DNA from: Macrostomum lignano
Taxonomy: Eukaryota
Direction of reading: 5' to 3'
NCBI GenBank assembly: GCA_002269645.1
Contig: NIVC01002201.1
Coordinates: forward strand, 140,277 to 204,276
Length of the DNA stretch: 64,000 nt
Numbering within the stretch: position 1 is the stretch's first letter; the number at the start of each line of letters is the position of its first letter. The position numbers were made by a program, and so were the translations under genes. A model generated the notes under the pieces. It searched no databases, was not told where the DNA came from, and saw nothing but the letters and a program-made list of their open reading frames with translations. Positions 63,576 through 64,000 of the stretch are shown here, in pieces.

Positions 63576-64000
63576 TAGGACCTTGAGGTAAAAAAAGTTT
63601 ACCAGCATGTCTGCCATACAGAAACATGTGCATCTTAGTTTTCTAGATACTTTGTTGAACAAAGACTTTATATACCAGAGCTGGAAATAGAAGTCAAATT
63701 AAGTCTGTATTTTTCAGTAACTTAGTCTGGTCATGGTTCATATTTTAATTTGGGCTTTTTCTGCCTCCTGCCAGCGCGTGCACCCGCCTTGTTGACTGGG
63801 GCGTCTGACTGCCAACCAGGCCTTAACAGGACCAGCTGTGATTCATTCATCTCGTGATAATTAGCTTAGAGGCATTATATTGGATTCGGGTGCACTGGGG
63901 GCACAAAGAGAAATTGGCTATGGTCTTCTCTCTTTAGCTTTCATCGGGTTTTTGTAGAGGCATATAGTGGGGATGGATTTTCTAGTCTAGCGGGATTTCC

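Overview
Animal (metazoan) genomic DNA with GT-AG spliceosomal introns. Gene style and repeat content resemble a free-living flatworm such as Macrostomum, but that is inference only. Left to right: a frameshifted SLC15/POT-like transporter paralog, a decayed Ty3/Gypsy pol fragment and an intact intronless SLC15-like gene. Next is a minus-strand dishevelled gene (PDZ+DEP, no DIX exon visible) whose introns hold a MITE-borne 25-bp satellite and a 1.3-kb (ACT)n tract, then a secreted PAN/Apple + ALK/LTK-type glycine-rich protein. An 18-kb block of immunity-type genes follows: a Mab-21/cGAS-like pseudogene, an ankyrin-QE-repeat Ser/Thr kinase, an AIG1/GIMAP-like GTPase relic and a three-exon ~1400-aa gene. 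That gene joins ~17 degenerate 33-aa helical repeats and ankyrin repeats to a cGAS-like nucleotidyltransferase and is the main candidate novelty. The right third is a transposon pile: two near-identical RNase H-bearing LINEs in inverted orientation, each with its own TSD, a hAT MITE with an 8-bp TSD and two further LINE fragments. It ends in a 4.4-kb segment almost devoid of CpG. Many frameshifts in the window are 1-bp deletions, so assembly error must be excluded before calling pseudogenes.
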